The notes: generated by a model not told the origin, from the sequence alone. A stretch of DNA of 54,732 bases from an uncultured Lachnospiraceae bacterium (GCA_947166195.1 CAMVDF010000001.1:1-54732); one strand, 5' to 3'; positions 28,990-39,652 are shown, numbered from the stretch's first letter. Numbers and translations: made by a program.

Positions 28990-30423
28990 ATGGGCAATCT
29001 CACAACAAGCTCAGCGGGCAGAAGGATCCTTTCACTGCTCGACGAAAACAGTTTCGTTGAGATCGGCGCCGAGGTCACGGCCAGGAACACCGATTTCAAT
29101 CTTGAAACGAAAAAGGCTCCCGGTGACGGTGTCATAACCGGCTACGGAGTCATCGATGATTGTTTGGTTTATGTGTACAGCCAGGATGCTTCCGTTCTTG
29201 CGGGTGCAGTAGGCGAGATGCATGCCAAAAAGATCGTCAATCTCTACAAACTGGCGATGAAGACAGGTGCGCCGGTGATCGGGCTGATCGATTCGGCAGG
29301 CCTTCGGCTCGAGGAGGCAACCGATGCTCTCTATGCATTCGGCAGCATCTACAGGCATCAGGCTGCGGCATCCGGAGTGATACCGCAGATCACGGCGGTT
29401 TTTGGAAACTGCGGAGGCGGACTTGCCCTGATACCCGGGCTGACGGACTTCACCTTCATGGAGGAAAGCAAGGCAAAGCTTTTTGTGAATTCCCCCAATG
29501 CCATAAAGGATAATTATGAAGAAAAGAAGGATACCGCATCTGCGGCATTCCAGAGCAGCGAGTGCGGGACTGTTGATTTCACGGGCTCCGAGGAAAGCAT
29601 CCTGTCATCTATCAGACAGCTGGTCTCCTTCCTTCCCTCAAACAACGAAGAGGATGCGCTCATTGACTGCAGCGATGACCTGAACAGGGCTTCCTCCGTG
29701 ATCAGTGCCTGCACCGGAGATACTGCGGCAGCCTTCAGGGAGATAGCAGACAACAATGAATTCTGCGAGGTCAAATCAGCATACGGAAAGTCGATGGTGA
29801 CCGGCTTTGCAAGGCTTGACGGACAGACCGTGGGATGTATAGCAAACAGGACCGATATCACGGGCGAGGATGGAAAGAGTGCGGAAAAGTTTGATCCCGT
29901 GCTCACCGTATCAGGTCTGAAAAAGGCGACAAAATTCGTCAAATTCTGCGATGCCTTCAATATCCCTGTTCTTACATTTACGAATACAAAGGGATACTGC
30001 ACCTGCGAATGTGCCGAAAAGAACATCGCATCCGCAGCATCAGCCTTTATCTATGCTCTTTGTGACAGCACGGTTCCCAAGGTAAACGTCTATATAAAGG
30101 AAGCCTTCGGTACAGCAGCAATAGTAATGAATTCAAAGGCTGTAGGCGCTGATTATACCTATGCATGGACCGGAGCAAAGATCGGTTCCATGGATGCAAA
30201 GAATGCCGCTTCCATAATGTATGACGGCGAGGGAAGCTCAGTGATCGATGAAAAGGCAAAGGAATATGATGCCCTGCAGGTCAGCGCAGCCTCTGCCGCA
30301 AAGAGGGGCTATGTTGACACCATAATCGATCCTGCCGACACCAGGAAATATGTGATCGGCGCATTCGAGATGCTCTACGGCAAGAGAGAGGACAGACCCG
30401 ACAAAAAGCACGGGACCGTCTGA
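28990..30423 (+). CDS. Acyl-CoA carboxyltransferase-domain protein (MmdA/12S-like, divergent)
   Basis: RILSLLDENSFVE, PGDGVITGYG, SGVIPQI, FLPSNN, FVKFCDAFNIPV, RGYVDTIIDPADTR, KKHG. Confidence 0.85.
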   Translation: MGNLTTSSAGRRILSLLDENSFVEIGAEVTARNTDFNLETKKAPGDGVITGYGVIDDCLVYVYSQDASVLAGAVGEMHAKKIVNLYKLAMKTGAPVIGLIDSAGLRLEEATDALYAFGSIYRHQAAASGVIPQITAVFGNCGGGLALIPGLTDFTFMEESKAKLFVNSPNAIKDNYEEKKDTASAAFQSSECGTVDFTGSEESILSSIRQLVSFLPSNNEEDALIDCSDDLNRASSVISACTGDTAAAFREIADNNEFCEVKSAYGKSMVTGFARLDGQTVGCIANRTDITGEDGKSAEKFDPVLTVSGLKKATKFVKFCDAFNIPVLTFTNTKGYCTCECAEKNIASAASAFIYALCDSTVPKVNVYIKEAFGTAAIVMNSKAVGADYTYAWTGAKIGSMDAKNAASIMYDGEGSSVIDEKAKEYDALQVSAASAAKRGYVDTIIDPADTRKYVIGAFEMLYGKREDRPDKKHGTV

Positions 30424-30441
30424 GGAAAGGATGGACAAAGC

Positions 30442-31227
30442 ATGAAAAACTTCTTAAAGAAAAGTTTGATCATTTCATGTATCCTTGTTCTCGTTCTCTC
30501 AAGCTTCGGCTGTGCAAAAAAAGGAGAGGAACTTGAGATAAGCGAAGCAGCTACTGCGGCCTCGGCCGGGATCATAAACGGTATCAGCACGATGGATGCC
30601 GCTTACAAGGATCAGTTGCTTGCGATGGAACCGGAAGAGATCGAGGATTTCTTCAAGCAGTACGGATATTCCATCGACGGAAAGGCTTTTCTTTCCGGAG
30701 TTACAGGATATATGGATGCCGTGGAGGAAATGGGCGGGATCAACGATATCGGAGAGCCTGTCATGGATTCCACAAAGGACAGCATCACTGCCACCTTTGA
30801 TGTGGATGGTGCCCAAAGGGATGCAAAGATCATTGTGACCATGAATTCCAGGAACAGAATCGAATCCATCACTACAAACTGTGAGTACACCCTGGGTGAG
30901 GATCTGAAAAAAGCAGGGCTGAACACGATCCTCGGTATGGGAACAACCTTTGTCATCCTGATATTTTTAAGTCTCATCATCAGTCTGTTCAGGTTCATAC
31001 CTGATATTCAGGAGGGCTTTGCAAAGAAGAAAGAGAGTCCTGCGGCTGCGGCTGTTGATAATACGATCAGCCAGATCATAGAAAAGGAAGAGGCTGTGGA
31101 TGACAATGAGCTTATCGCAGTCATAAGCGCCGCCATAGCAGCATATGAAGGAGCATCAGGCGGTGCAGGCACGCCTTCGCCTTCCGGAGACGGTTTTGTG
31201 GTACGTTCGATTAGAAAAAGGTTCTGA
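30442..31227 (+). CDS. OadG/MmdD-family subunit with lipoprotein-like N-terminal extension
   Basis: Lipobox-like SFGC; NTILGMGTTFVILIFL TM; ELIAVISAAIAAY; FVVRSIRK. Confidence 0.85.
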   Translation: MKNFLKKSLIISCILVLVLSSFGCAKKGEELEISEAATAASAGIINGISTMDAAYKDQLLAMEPEEIEDFFKQYGYSIDGKAFLSGVTGYMDAVEEMGGINDIGEPVMDSTKDSITATFDVDGAQRDAKIIVTMNSRNRIESITTNCEYTLGEDLKKAGLNTILGMGTTFVILIFLSLIISLFRFIPDIQEGFAKKKESPAAAAVDNTISQIIEKEEAVDDNELIAVISAAIAAYEGASGGAGTPSPSGDGFVVRSIRKRF

Positions 31228-31254
31228 TTCAAAAAAATAATAGGAGAAAAAAAT

Positions 31255-31626
31255 ATGAAAAATTACACTATCACGGTAAACGGAACAACATATGATGTAA
31301 CTGTCGATGAGGCAGGAGCAGGCTCGGCACCTGCCGCTGCACCCAAGGCTGCTCCCAAGCCCGCGGCCGCTGCACCCGCACCTGCACCCAAGGCTGCCTC
31401 GGCAGGGGCAGGCTCCATCAGGGTTGAGGCCGGTGCCGCAGGAAAGGTCTTCAGGATCGAAAAGAATGTGGGAGATGCTGTAAAGAAGGGTGATGCTGTC
31501 GTGACCATAGAGGCCATGAAGATGGAGATCCCCGTTGTTGCTCCCTCTGACGGAACCGTAGCCAGCATTGACTGTGCGGTAGGTGATGCCTGTGAGGCGG
31601 GCGGACTTCTTGCTACTTTGAAATAA
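31255..31626 (+). CDS. Biotin carboxyl carrier protein
   Basis: EAMKME biotinylation motif; Ala/Pro linker. Confidence 0.95.
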   Translation: MKNYTITVNGTTYDVTVDEAGAGSAPAAAPKAAPKPAAAAPAPAPKAASAGAGSIRVEAGAAGKVFRIEKNVGDAVKKGDAVVTIEAMKMEIPVVAPSDGTVASIDCAVGDACEAGGLLATLK

Positions 31627-31649
31627 GATGTGACTTTGGAGGTCAAAAA

Positions 31650-32777
31650 ATGGATTATATTGCTAATACGATAAGCAATCTCGCAAGTCAGTCCGCGATC
31701 ACGACAATGAGTGCCGGAAACGTCATAATGATCGTTGTCGCCTGCGTTTTTCTGTATCTTGCGATCGCAAAGGGATTTGAGCCGTTGCTGCTTGTTCCGA
31801 TCTCATTCGGCATGCTGCTTGTTAACATCTATCCCGATATAATGGCGGAAAACGGTCTGCTCCACTATTTCTACAAGCTGGATGAGTGGGCGATCCTGCC
31901 TTCGCTGATCTTCATGGGTGTCGGCGCCATGACAGACTTTGGTCCGCTGATCGCCAATCCCAAGAGCTTCTGGCTGGGCGCCGCGGCACAGTTCGGTATC
32001 TTCACGGCATACTTTGGAGCCATAGCCTTTGGCTTCAATGACAGGGCAGCCGCTTCGATTTCCATCATCGGAGGTGCAGACGGTCCTACATCCATCTTCC
32101 TTGCATCAAAACTGGGACAGACGGACATACTCGGACCCATTGCCGTTGCGGCTTATTCCTATATGTCGCTTGTGCCTGTCATACAGCCGCCTATAATGAA
32201 GCTTCTGACAACACAGAAGGAGAGAGCTATCAAGATGGAGCAGCTTCGTCCTGTTTCCAAGCTTGAAAAGATACTCTTCCCCATAATAGTTACCATAGTA
32301 GTATCCCTGATACTTCCCACAACAGCACCCCTCATCGGTATGCTGATGCTTGGAAATCTTTTCAGGGAGTGCGGCGTTGTACGCCAGCTGACTGAAACTG
32401 CATCAAATGCCCTGATGTACATAGTCGTCATCCTTTTGGGAACATCAGTCGGTGCGACCACAAGCGCCGAGGCGTTCCTGAATTCAACGACATTAAAGAT
32501 CGTTGCTCTCGGTCTGATAGCCTTCATGTTTGGTACCGCGGCAGGTGTTCTGCTCGGAAAGCTCATGTGTGTGCTGACCAAGGGAAAGATCAATCCGCTC
32601 ATCGGATCTGCGGGAGTTTCCGCTGTTCCCATGGCTGCCAGAGTCTCACAAAAGGTCGGTGCCGAGACGGATCCCACAAACTTCCTGCTGATGCACGCCA
32701 TGGGACCCAATGTTGCTGGAGTTATCGGAACCGCAGTTGTTGCCGGAACTTTCATGGCAGTGTTCGGGATTGTCTGA
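31650..32777 (+). CDS. oadB: Na+-translocating decarboxylase beta subunit
   Basis: [47 protein letters not shown]. Confidence 0.95.
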   Translation: MDYIANTISNLASQSAITTMSAGNVIMIVVACVFLYLAIAKGFEPLLLVPISFGMLLVNIYPDIMAENGLLHYFYKLDEWAILPSLIFMGVGAMTDFGPLIANPKSFWLGAAAQFGIFTAYFGAIAFGFNDRAAASISIIGGADGPTSIFLASKLGQTDILGPIAVAAYSYMSLVPVIQPPIMKLLTTQKERAIKMEQLRPVSKLEKILFPIIVTIVVSLILPTTAPLIGMLMLGNLFRECGVVRQLTETASNALMYIVVILLGTSVGATTSAEAFLNSTTLKIVALGLIAFMFGTAAGVLLGKLMCVLTKGKINPLIGSAGVSAVPMAARVSQKVGAETDPTNFLLMHAMGPNVAGVIGTAVVAGTFMAVFGIV

Positions 32778-32817
32778 GAACAATTATTCAAATTAAGAAA
32801 AAGGAGAAGATTTTATT

Positions 32818-34205
32818 ATGGCAGATACAATAAAAAAGGTCGGCATTACCGAAACCATACTGCGTGATGCCCACCAGTCTTTGATAGCTACAAGAATGCC
32901 TACCGAAGTGATGCTTCCTATCCTCGATACCATGGAGCAGGTCGGATATCACTCGATAGAGTGCTGGGGAGGAGCAACCTTTGATTCCTGCCTTGGGTGA
33001 GACTGCGCAAGATCAAGGAAAAGTGCAAGACCACACCTTTGCAGATGCTCTTCAGAGGACAGAATATCCTCGGATACAGCCATTATTCGGATGATGTTGT
33101 TGAGTATTTCGCACAGAAATCCGTTGCAAACGGAATCGACATAGTCAGGATCTTTGACTGTCTCAACGATCTTCGAAATCTTGAGACTGCCGTAAAGGCA
33201 ACAAAGAAAGAGGGCGGACATGCCCAGATAGCTCTTTCTTACACGCTGGGAGATGCTTATACTCTTGATTACTGGAAGGATATCGCAAAGAGGATCGAGG
33301 ATCTCGGCGCCGATTCAATCTGTATCAAGGATATGGCGGGACTCCTCCTGCCCCAGAATGCTTATGATCTGGTGAAGGCCATGAAGTCAAATACCAGCCT
33401 TCCCATCCAGCTTCATACACACTATACGTCAGGTGTGGCTTCAATGACTTATCTGAAGGCCATAGAGGCAGGAGTTGATGTGATCGACTGCGCCGCTTCA
33501 CCTCTTGCCATGGGAACGTCCCAGCCGGCAACAGAGGTTATGGTAAAGGCTCTTGAGGGAACACCTTATGATACCGGGCTTGACCTCAAACTTCTCATCA
33601 AGATCGCAAAGCATTTCGAGCCCTACAGGGAAGAGTGCTTAAAGAGCGGACTTCTTAGTCCTAAGGTAATGGGTGTCAATATCAATACCTTAAGATACCA
33701 GGTTCCCGGAGGAATGCTTTCAAATATGATCAAGCAGCTTGACGAGCAGGGCAAGGGCGACAAGCTTGACGAGGTTCTCGAAGAGGTTCCCAGAGTCCGC
33801 AAGGATTTCGGAGAGCCCCCGCTTGTCACTCCTTCATCACAGATCGTGGGTACCCAGGCTGTCATGAATGTACTCATGGGCGAAAGGTACAAGGTTGCTA
33901 CCGAGCAGACCAAGGATCTCTGCCGCGGCAAATACGGCCAGACCGTGAAGCCGATGAACCCCGAGGTGGTTGCAAAGATCATACCCGGAGAGACTCCCAT
34001 CACCTGCCGTCCTGCAGACCTCATCGAGCCTCAGCTTGCCAAGTTTGAGGAGGAGGTCAAGGAATGGAAGCAGCAGCCGGAGGATACTCTTTCGTATGCT
34101 TTGTTCCCGCAGGTTGCAATTGACTTTTTCAAGTACAGAAAGGCACAGCAGGAGGGTGTCGATCTCACAAAGGGAAACAAGGAAGCAAAGGCTTATCCTG
34201 TATGA
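32818..34205 (+). pseudogene. oadA: Oxaloacetate decarboxylase alpha subunit, split by a frameshifting deletion (32818-33000 and 32997-34205)
   Basis: Fragment 1: LRDAHQSLIATR...ECWGGATFDSCL; fragment 2: QMLFRGQN, IKDMAG, HTH, QVPGGM, PLVTPSSQ; the conserved RFLxEDPW is missing at the junction. Confidence 0.85.
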
Positions 34206-34222
34206 CAGTATAAAAGGCTGAT

Positions 34223-34254
34223 AAAAAACCCGGCAGGACTCTGCCGGGTTTTTT
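34223..34254 (+). terminator. Rho-independent terminator (bidirectional)
   Basis: AAAAAACCCGGCAG-GACT-CTGCCGGGTTTTTT directly after oadA. Confidence 0.9.
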
Positions 34255-34353
34255 GACGGTAAATACAGTCTTATTTTTCTCTTGAAAAAACAGGAGATAT
34301 GAATTAAAATAACAGGTGCGTTTAAAAGAAATCTGATCTGTTTGGGGGAAGAT

Positions 34354-34908
34354 ATGGCAAGAAAACAGGTTGTTACCAGAGAATTGCTTCTTGAAGGAGC
34401 TTTTGCGCTCGTTCGGGATGAGGGCAGGGAAAAGCTTTCTGCAAGGAATCTGGCTTCAAAATGCGGCTGCTCCACTCAGCCAATATTCAGGATATATGAA
34501 AACATGGCAGATCTGGAAAAGGATCTGCTCCACAAGTGTGAGGATTTTTATTCGGAGTTCTACAAGGGCTCACCTTCAGTGAATGATACGCCCTTTGTCA
34601 ATCTTGGGCTTGTTTATATACGTTTTGCGTCCGCCTATCCAAATCTTTTCAGGATCATTTTTTTTGATGACATCCAGTCTGAAAAGAGTATGTATGATCT
34701 CATAAACGGCGGAGACAACAACTTCATCGTTGGCGAATTTAAAAAGCTTCACGGAGTTTCCATGGATGAGTTTTCCGTTCTTTTCATGAGGATGTGGATC
34801 TTCATCCACGGTATTGCCTGCATGGTGCTGAAAAACGATTTCGACATGTCGGAAAAAGAAATAGAGGAGCTCCTTGTCGCTACCTATATCGCTTTTTCGG
34901 GAGCATAA
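34354..34908 (+). CDS. TetR/AcrR family regulator
   Basis: LSARNLASKCGCSTQPIF HTH; C-terminal WIFIHGIA. Confidence 0.88.
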   Translation: MARKQVVTRELLLEGAFALVRDEGREKLSARNLASKCGCSTQPIFRIYENMADLEKDLLHKCEDFYSEFYKGSPSVNDTPFVNLGLVYIRFASAYPNLFRIIFFDDIQSEKSMYDLINGGDNNFIVGEFKKLHGVSMDEFSVLFMRMWIFIHGIACMVLKNDFDMSEKEIEELLVATYIAFSGA

Positions 34909-36156
34909 GTGAGCAGTGATCTTATTATCATCGGGGCAGGGGCAGCAGGACTCATGGCGGCAAATATTGCTGTATTGCAGGGCCTGTCTCCTCTGGTCAT
35001 CGAAAAAAATGAAAAGGCCGGGAAAAAGCTTTTCATCACCGGCAAGGGCAGGTGCAATTTCACAAATGCATCGGAAATTACCACGATCATCGAAAACATC
35101 TGCACAAACCCTTCCTTCATGTATTCATCTCTGAATGCATTTTCAAATCTTGATGTCATCGGTTTTTTTGAGAGTCTGGGACTTAAATCAAAAACAGAGA
35201 GGGGAAACCGGGTTTTTCCAGCAAGTGACAAGTCATCCGATGTCATAAAGGCACTGCAAAAAAACCTTCCCGGGGGTACGGTCCTCTATAATACAAGAGT
35301 TAATGAGCTTTTGATAAAGGACGGAAAAGTTTACGGTGTAAAGTGCGGAAATACGCCATATCCTGCAAAGGCTGTCATTGTTGCGACCGGCGGTCTGTCA
35401 TATCCTTCAACCGGGTCTGACGGCGACGGATATGAATTTGCAAAAAAAGCCGGCCTGAAGGTAAATGAATGCACCCCTTCGCTTGTACCCTTCAACATCA
35501 GCGGGGAGTATTGCAGGAGACTTCAGGGATTGACCCTGAAAAACATCGGCATTGATATAATAAATGACAAAAAGAGTGTATCCAGGGATTTCGGGGAACT
35601 GCTCTTTACCCATTTCGGAGTATCAGGTCCGGTGATCCTTTCGGCTTCATCAAGGATAAAACCTGATATACTGAAAAACAGGCCGGTACTTCATATTGAC
35701 TTAAAGCCTGCTCTGGATGAAAAGACTCTGGATGCAAGGCTTTTGCGCGAGTTTTCCGAAAACAGCAACAAGGATTTCATAAACTGTCTCAAACCCCTGC
35801 TTCCTTCCAAACTGATACCTGTTGTAGCGGAACTGTCGGGAATCCCGGGAAACAAAAAGGCAAACCTGGTGACAAAGGAGGAAAGGGCAGTCCTGCTTTC
35901 TCTCTTAAAGGATCTGCCTTTTACTATACTTTCCGCCCGTGGATTTGAAGAGGCGGTCATTACAAAGGGCGGAGTGGATGTGAAGGAACTTGATCCGAAA
36001 ACCTTTGAGTGCAAAAAGATCAAAGGACTGTATTTTACAGGTGAGGTCACGGATGTGGATGCGATGACCGGCGGCTACAATCTGCAGATAGCCTGGAGCA
36101 GTGCTGCTGCGGCCGCAAGGTCGGCGGCAGAGAAAATAACAAGCGCTAGCAAATAG
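34909..36156 (+). CDS. HI0933/BaiN-family flavoprotein oxidoreductase
   Basis: IIGAGAAG, GKGRCNFTN, GRVFP-like GNRVFP, ATGGLSYP, LFTHFGVSGP, TGGYNLQ. Confidence 0.92.
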   Translation: MSSDLIIIGAGAAGLMAANIAVLQGLSPLVIEKNEKAGKKLFITGKGRCNFTNASEITTIIENICTNPSFMYSSLNAFSNLDVIGFFESLGLKSKTERGNRVFPASDKSSDVIKALQKNLPGGTVLYNTRVNELLIKDGKVYGVKCGNTPYPAKAVIVATGGLSYPSTGSDGDGYEFAKKAGLKVNECTPSLVPFNISGEYCRRLQGLTLKNIGIDIINDKKSVSRDFGELLFTHFGVSGPVILSASSRIKPDILKNRPVLHIDLKPALDEKTLDARLLREFSENSNKDFINCLKPLLPSKLIPVVAELSGIPGNKKANLVTKEERAVLLSLLKDLPFTILSARGFEEAVITKGGVDVKELDPKTFECKKIKGLYFTGEVTDVDAMTGGYNLQIAWSSAAAAARSAAEKITSASK

Positions 36157-36190
36157 CATGTGTTACCAAACAGCAGACGGGAGGATAAAG

Positions 36191-36844
36191 ATGATAAAAA
36201 ACATAGCAATCGACGGGCCGGCCGGAGCCGGAAAATCTACCATAGCAAAGATTGTGGCAGCAAAGCTTGGCTACATCTATGTTGACACCGGAGCCATGTA
36301 CAGGGCTATGGCACTTTTCATGCTTGAAAAAAATGTTGATATAAATGATGAAGAAGCAGTTGGAAATGCTGCTTCACTGGCGGATATAAAGATCAGATAC
36401 GATGACGGGGTCCAGTGCGTGATATTAAACGGTGAAAATGTCAATGACAGGATCCGTACAGACGAGGTCAGTAATGCAGCATCCAAAACCTCTGTCGTAA
36501 AAAAGGTGAGGGAGAGACTTGTTGCTTTGCAGCAGGAACTTGCCCGAAAGGAAAATGTGGTAATGGACGGAAGAGATATAGGCACCAAGGTCCTGCCGGA
36601 TGCTTATCTGAAGATCTATATGACGGCATCAGTCGAAGTCAGGGCCAAAAGACGATATGATGAAAACATTTCAAAAGGCATGGAAAGTGACCTTGAAAAG
36701 ATAAAGCAGGAGATAGCGGAAAGGGATCAAAGAGATATGACCCGAAAGGAGTCGCCTCTTGTAAAGGCCTGGGATGCCATAGAGATAGATACCGGCGATA
36801 TGACGATAGAAGAGGTTGCCGACAGGATAATCGGAATGATCTAG
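36191..36844 (+). CDS. cmk: Cytidylate kinase
   Basis: IAIDGPAGAGKST, DTGAMYR, DGRDIGT, RDQRD. Confidence 0.95.
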   Translation: MIKNIAIDGPAGAGKSTIAKIVAAKLGYIYVDTGAMYRAMALFMLEKNVDINDEEAVGNAASLADIKIRYDDGVQCVILNGENVNDRIRTDEVSNAASKTSVVKKVRERLVALQQELARKENVVMDGRDIGTKVLPDAYLKIYMTASVEVRAKRRYDENISKGMESDLEKIKQEIAERDQRDMTRKESPLVKAWDAIEIDTGDMTIEEVADRIIGMI

Positions 36845-36853
36845 AGGTTTTTG

Positions 36854-37714
36854 ATGGAAGTTATAGTGGCAAAGAGTGCGGGATTTTGTTTCGGCGTCAA
36901 AAGAGCCGTGGATATGGTCTTTGAAGAAGCCAAAAACGGAGGAAAGATCTATACCTACGGTCCGATAATTCATAATGAGACTGTGGTAAATGAACTTTCC
37001 GAAAAGGGTGTCACGGTGCTGGGCAGCAGGGAAGAACTTGAGGATCTGACTGAGGGGACCGTCATAATAAGATCCCACGGCGTCGAGAAGGAGATCTATG
37101 ATATCATACGAAAAAATGGGCTGAAGCTTGTGGATGCAACCTGCCCGTTTGTACTGAAGATCCACAGGATAGTGGAAGAGGAAGCATCAAAGGGTTCAAA
37201 CATTGTGATAACGGGCGACAGGGATCATCCCGAGGTCAGGGGTATCCTGAGTTTTGCCGGCAAAAAGGTCAGGGTTATTAGTTCTGCAAAAGAGGCAGAC
37301 GGATATGAGGCAGAAGATGAAAAGCCCGTATGTGTCGTATCGCAGACCACTTTCAATGTCAATAAATTTAAAGATATTATTGAAATATTTAAGAAAAAAG
37401 AGTATAGGGTTAATGTTGTGAATACAATCTGCAGCGCCACACAGAGACGTCAGGAAGAAGCAAAAAACATCGCTTCCAAAGCGGACTGTATGATAGTGAT
37501 AGGGGGAGCATCCAGTTCAAATTCCCGAAAACTATATGAAATATGCAAAGGATTGTGTGACAATACGGTTTTTGTACAGACACTTGAGGATTTGGTTTCA
37601 CAGAGTTTTTCTTTGTCACGATCATCTGCGTGTGTAGGCATAACCGCCGGGGCTTCAACCCCAAACTATATTATCGAGGAGGTTCAAAGATATGTCAGAG
37701 GAAATGACATTTGA
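36854..37714 (+). CDS. ispH: 4-hydroxy-3-methylbut-2-enyl diphosphate reductase
   Basis: GFCFGVKRA, IIHN, DATCPFV, HPEV, SQTT, TICSAT, SSNS, GITAGASTP. Confidence 0.95.
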   Translation: MEVIVAKSAGFCFGVKRAVDMVFEEAKNGGKIYTYGPIIHNETVVNELSEKGVTVLGSREELEDLTEGTVIIRSHGVEKEIYDIIRKNGLKLVDATCPFVLKIHRIVEEEASKGSNIVITGDRDHPEVRGILSFAGKKVRVISSAKEADGYEAEDEKPVCVVSQTTFNVNKFKDIIEIFKKKEYRVNVVNTICSATQRRQEEAKNIASKADCMIVIGGASSSNSRKLYEICKGLCDNTVFVQTLEDLVSQSFSLSRSSACVGITAGASTPNYIIEEVQRYVRGNDI

Positions 37715-38852
37715 ACAAATGCTTAATGAGTCATTCAAAACAATACACACGGGAGAGGTCGTAGAAGGCAGCGTTATTTCAGTCAAACCTGACGAGATAG
37801 TTCTGAACATCGGCTACAAGGCTGACGGCATCATAACAAAAAACGAGTATTCAAATGATTCGTCCCTTGATCTCACCACGGTTGTAAATGTCGGTGACAA
37901 GATGGAAGCCAAGGTTCTCAAGGTTAACGACGGTGACGGACAGGTTGTCCTCACATACAAGAGACTGGCTCAGGACAAGGGCAACAAGAGACTTGAGGAA
38001 GCCTTCAACAACAAAGAAGTTCTCAAGGCAAAAGTCATCAGGGTACTCGACGGAGGTCTTTCGGTCGGATTCGAGGATTCAAGGGTATTCATTCCCGCAA
38101 GCCTTGTTTCGGACACATTTGAAAGAGACCTGAACAAATATATGGATCAGGAGATCGAATTCATCATTACCGAGTTCAATCCCCGCAGACGCAGGATCAT
38201 CGGTGACAGAAAGGTCCTCATCAAGGAAAAGAACGAGGCACTGCGCAAGGAACTCTTTGAAAGGATCCATGTCGGCGATACCGTAGAGGGTGTTGTCAAG
38301 AACATCACTGAATTCGGTGCCTTCATAGATCTTGGCGGACTTGACGGACTTCTCCATATATCAGAGATGTCCTGGGGACATGTGGAAAGCCCCAAAAAGC
38401 TCCTCAAGGTAGGAGATACCGTAAAGGTACTTATCAAGGACATAAACGGAAACAAAGTCGCTCTTTCCATGAAATTCCCGGATGAGAATCCCTGGATAGA
38501 TGCAGCTCAGAAATATGCGGTAGGAAACGAAGTTACGGGTCGCGTTGCAAGGATGACCGATTTCGGCGCTTTCATAGAACTTGAGGCCGGCATTGATGCA
38601 CTGCTACATGTTTCCCAGATCTCACACGATCATATAGCAAAGCCTTCTGATATTCTGAAGACGGGAGATACGGTTACCGCAAAGGTCGTTGATTTCGACG
38701 AGGCGGAAAAGAAGATCAGCCTTTCGATAAAGGCACTTCTGCCTCCGCCTGTAAAGGAAGAAGAGGCAAAGGATGCTCCCGCTGAAGAGGCAGCAGCAGA
38801 TGATGCCAAAGCAGAGGAGAGTGAAGCAACTGCAGAGGATAGTGCAGAATGA
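37692..38852 (+). CDS. rpsA: Ribosomal protein S1 (four S1 domains)
   Basis: FGAFIDLGGLDGLLHISEMSW and related repeats; own GAGGAGG RBS. Confidence 0.93.
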   Translation: MSEEMTFEQMLNESFKTIHTGEVVEGSVISVKPDEIVLNIGYKADGIITKNEYSNDSSLDLTTVVNVGDKMEAKVLKVNDGDGQVVLTYKRLAQDKGNKRLEEAFNNKEVLKAKVIRVLDGGLSVGFEDSRVFIPASLVSDTFERDLNKYMDQEIEFIITEFNPRRRRIIGDRKVLIKEKNEALRKELFERIHVGDTVEGVVKNITEFGAFIDLGGLDGLLHISEMSWGHVESPKKLLKVGDTVKVLIKDINGNKVALSMKFPDENPWIDAAQKYAVGNEVTGRVARMTDFGAFIELEAGIDALLHVSQISHDHIAKPSDILKTGDTVTAKVVDFDEAEKKISLSIKALLPPPVKEEEAKDAPAEEAAADDAKAEESEATAEDSAE

Positions 38853-39628
38853 GAGACACTTACGAGGATTTCAAAGCTGAGATCTTGAAAATGACTCATA
38901 TAGATCTGAACTCCTACAAGGAGCAGCAGATGAAACGCCGGATCGATTCACTGATCAGCAAAAACGGCATCAAAGGATATCCCGCTTATGTTGATGCACT
39001 GAAGAGCAGGACTGATATTTTTGACGAATTCATCAATTATATCACCATCAATGTTTCCGAGTTCTACAGAAATCCTGATCAGTGGAAACTTTTAGATGAG
39101 CAGTTCCTCCCTGATCTGATAAAGAGATTCGGAAAGAACCTGAAGGTGTGGAGTGCTGCATGTTCCACCGGCGATGAGCCTTATTCTCTTGTCATGGCAT
39201 TTTCAAAGCACATCCCGATGAACAATATCAGGATTTTTGCAACAGACCTTGACAAGACAGTCATGGGAAAGGCAAAGGTCGGACTTTACAACGAAAAGAG
39301 CATCGCAGGAGTTCCAGCCGAGTTCAAAAAGAAGTATTTCACACAGGTCGGACCGTCCTTCCAGATTTCAGACGAGATAAAGTCCCATGTGACCTTCAAG
39401 GAACACAACCTCCTGCTGGATAAATACGATACAAACTACGACTTCATTATCTGCAGGAATGTTCTGATATACTTCACCGAAGAAGCAAAAGCAGAGGTAT
39501 TCAAAAAGTTTTCTGATTCGCTGAAGATCGGCGGTCTTCTCTTTATCGGAAGCACCGAGCAGATCATGAAGTACAAAGAGATCGGATTGAAAAGGGAAAA
39601 TTCCTTTTACTACAGAAAAGTGGAATGA
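38849..39628 (+). CDS. cheR: CheR-type glutamate O-methyltransferase
   Basis: TINVSEFYR, WSAACSTGDEPYS, ICRNVLIYF, GSTE. Confidence 0.93.
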   Translation: MRDTYEDFKAEILKMTHIDLNSYKEQQMKRRIDSLISKNGIKGYPAYVDALKSRTDIFDEFINYITINVSEFYRNPDQWKLLDEQFLPDLIKRFGKNLKVWSAACSTGDEPYSLVMAFSKHIPMNNIRIFATDLDKTVMGKAKVGLYNEKSIAGVPAEFKKKYFTQVGPSFQISDEIKSHVTFKEHNLLLDKYDTNYDFIICRNVLIYFTEEAKAEVFKKFSDSLKIGGLLFIGSTEQIMKYKEIGLKRENSFYYRKVE

Positions 39629-39652
39629 TATCCGGTCAGACGAAAAGAAATC

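Noticed and set aside
29032-34475. Many long antisense ORFs in the track (also elsewhere in the window)
   Set aside because: Expected antisense shadows of codon-biased housekeeping genes; no motifs or RBS
38849-39628. cheR (and the CheY-like gene at 44395) outside a chemotaxis cluster
   Set aside because: Dispersed che genes are ordinary in Firmicutes; both look canonical
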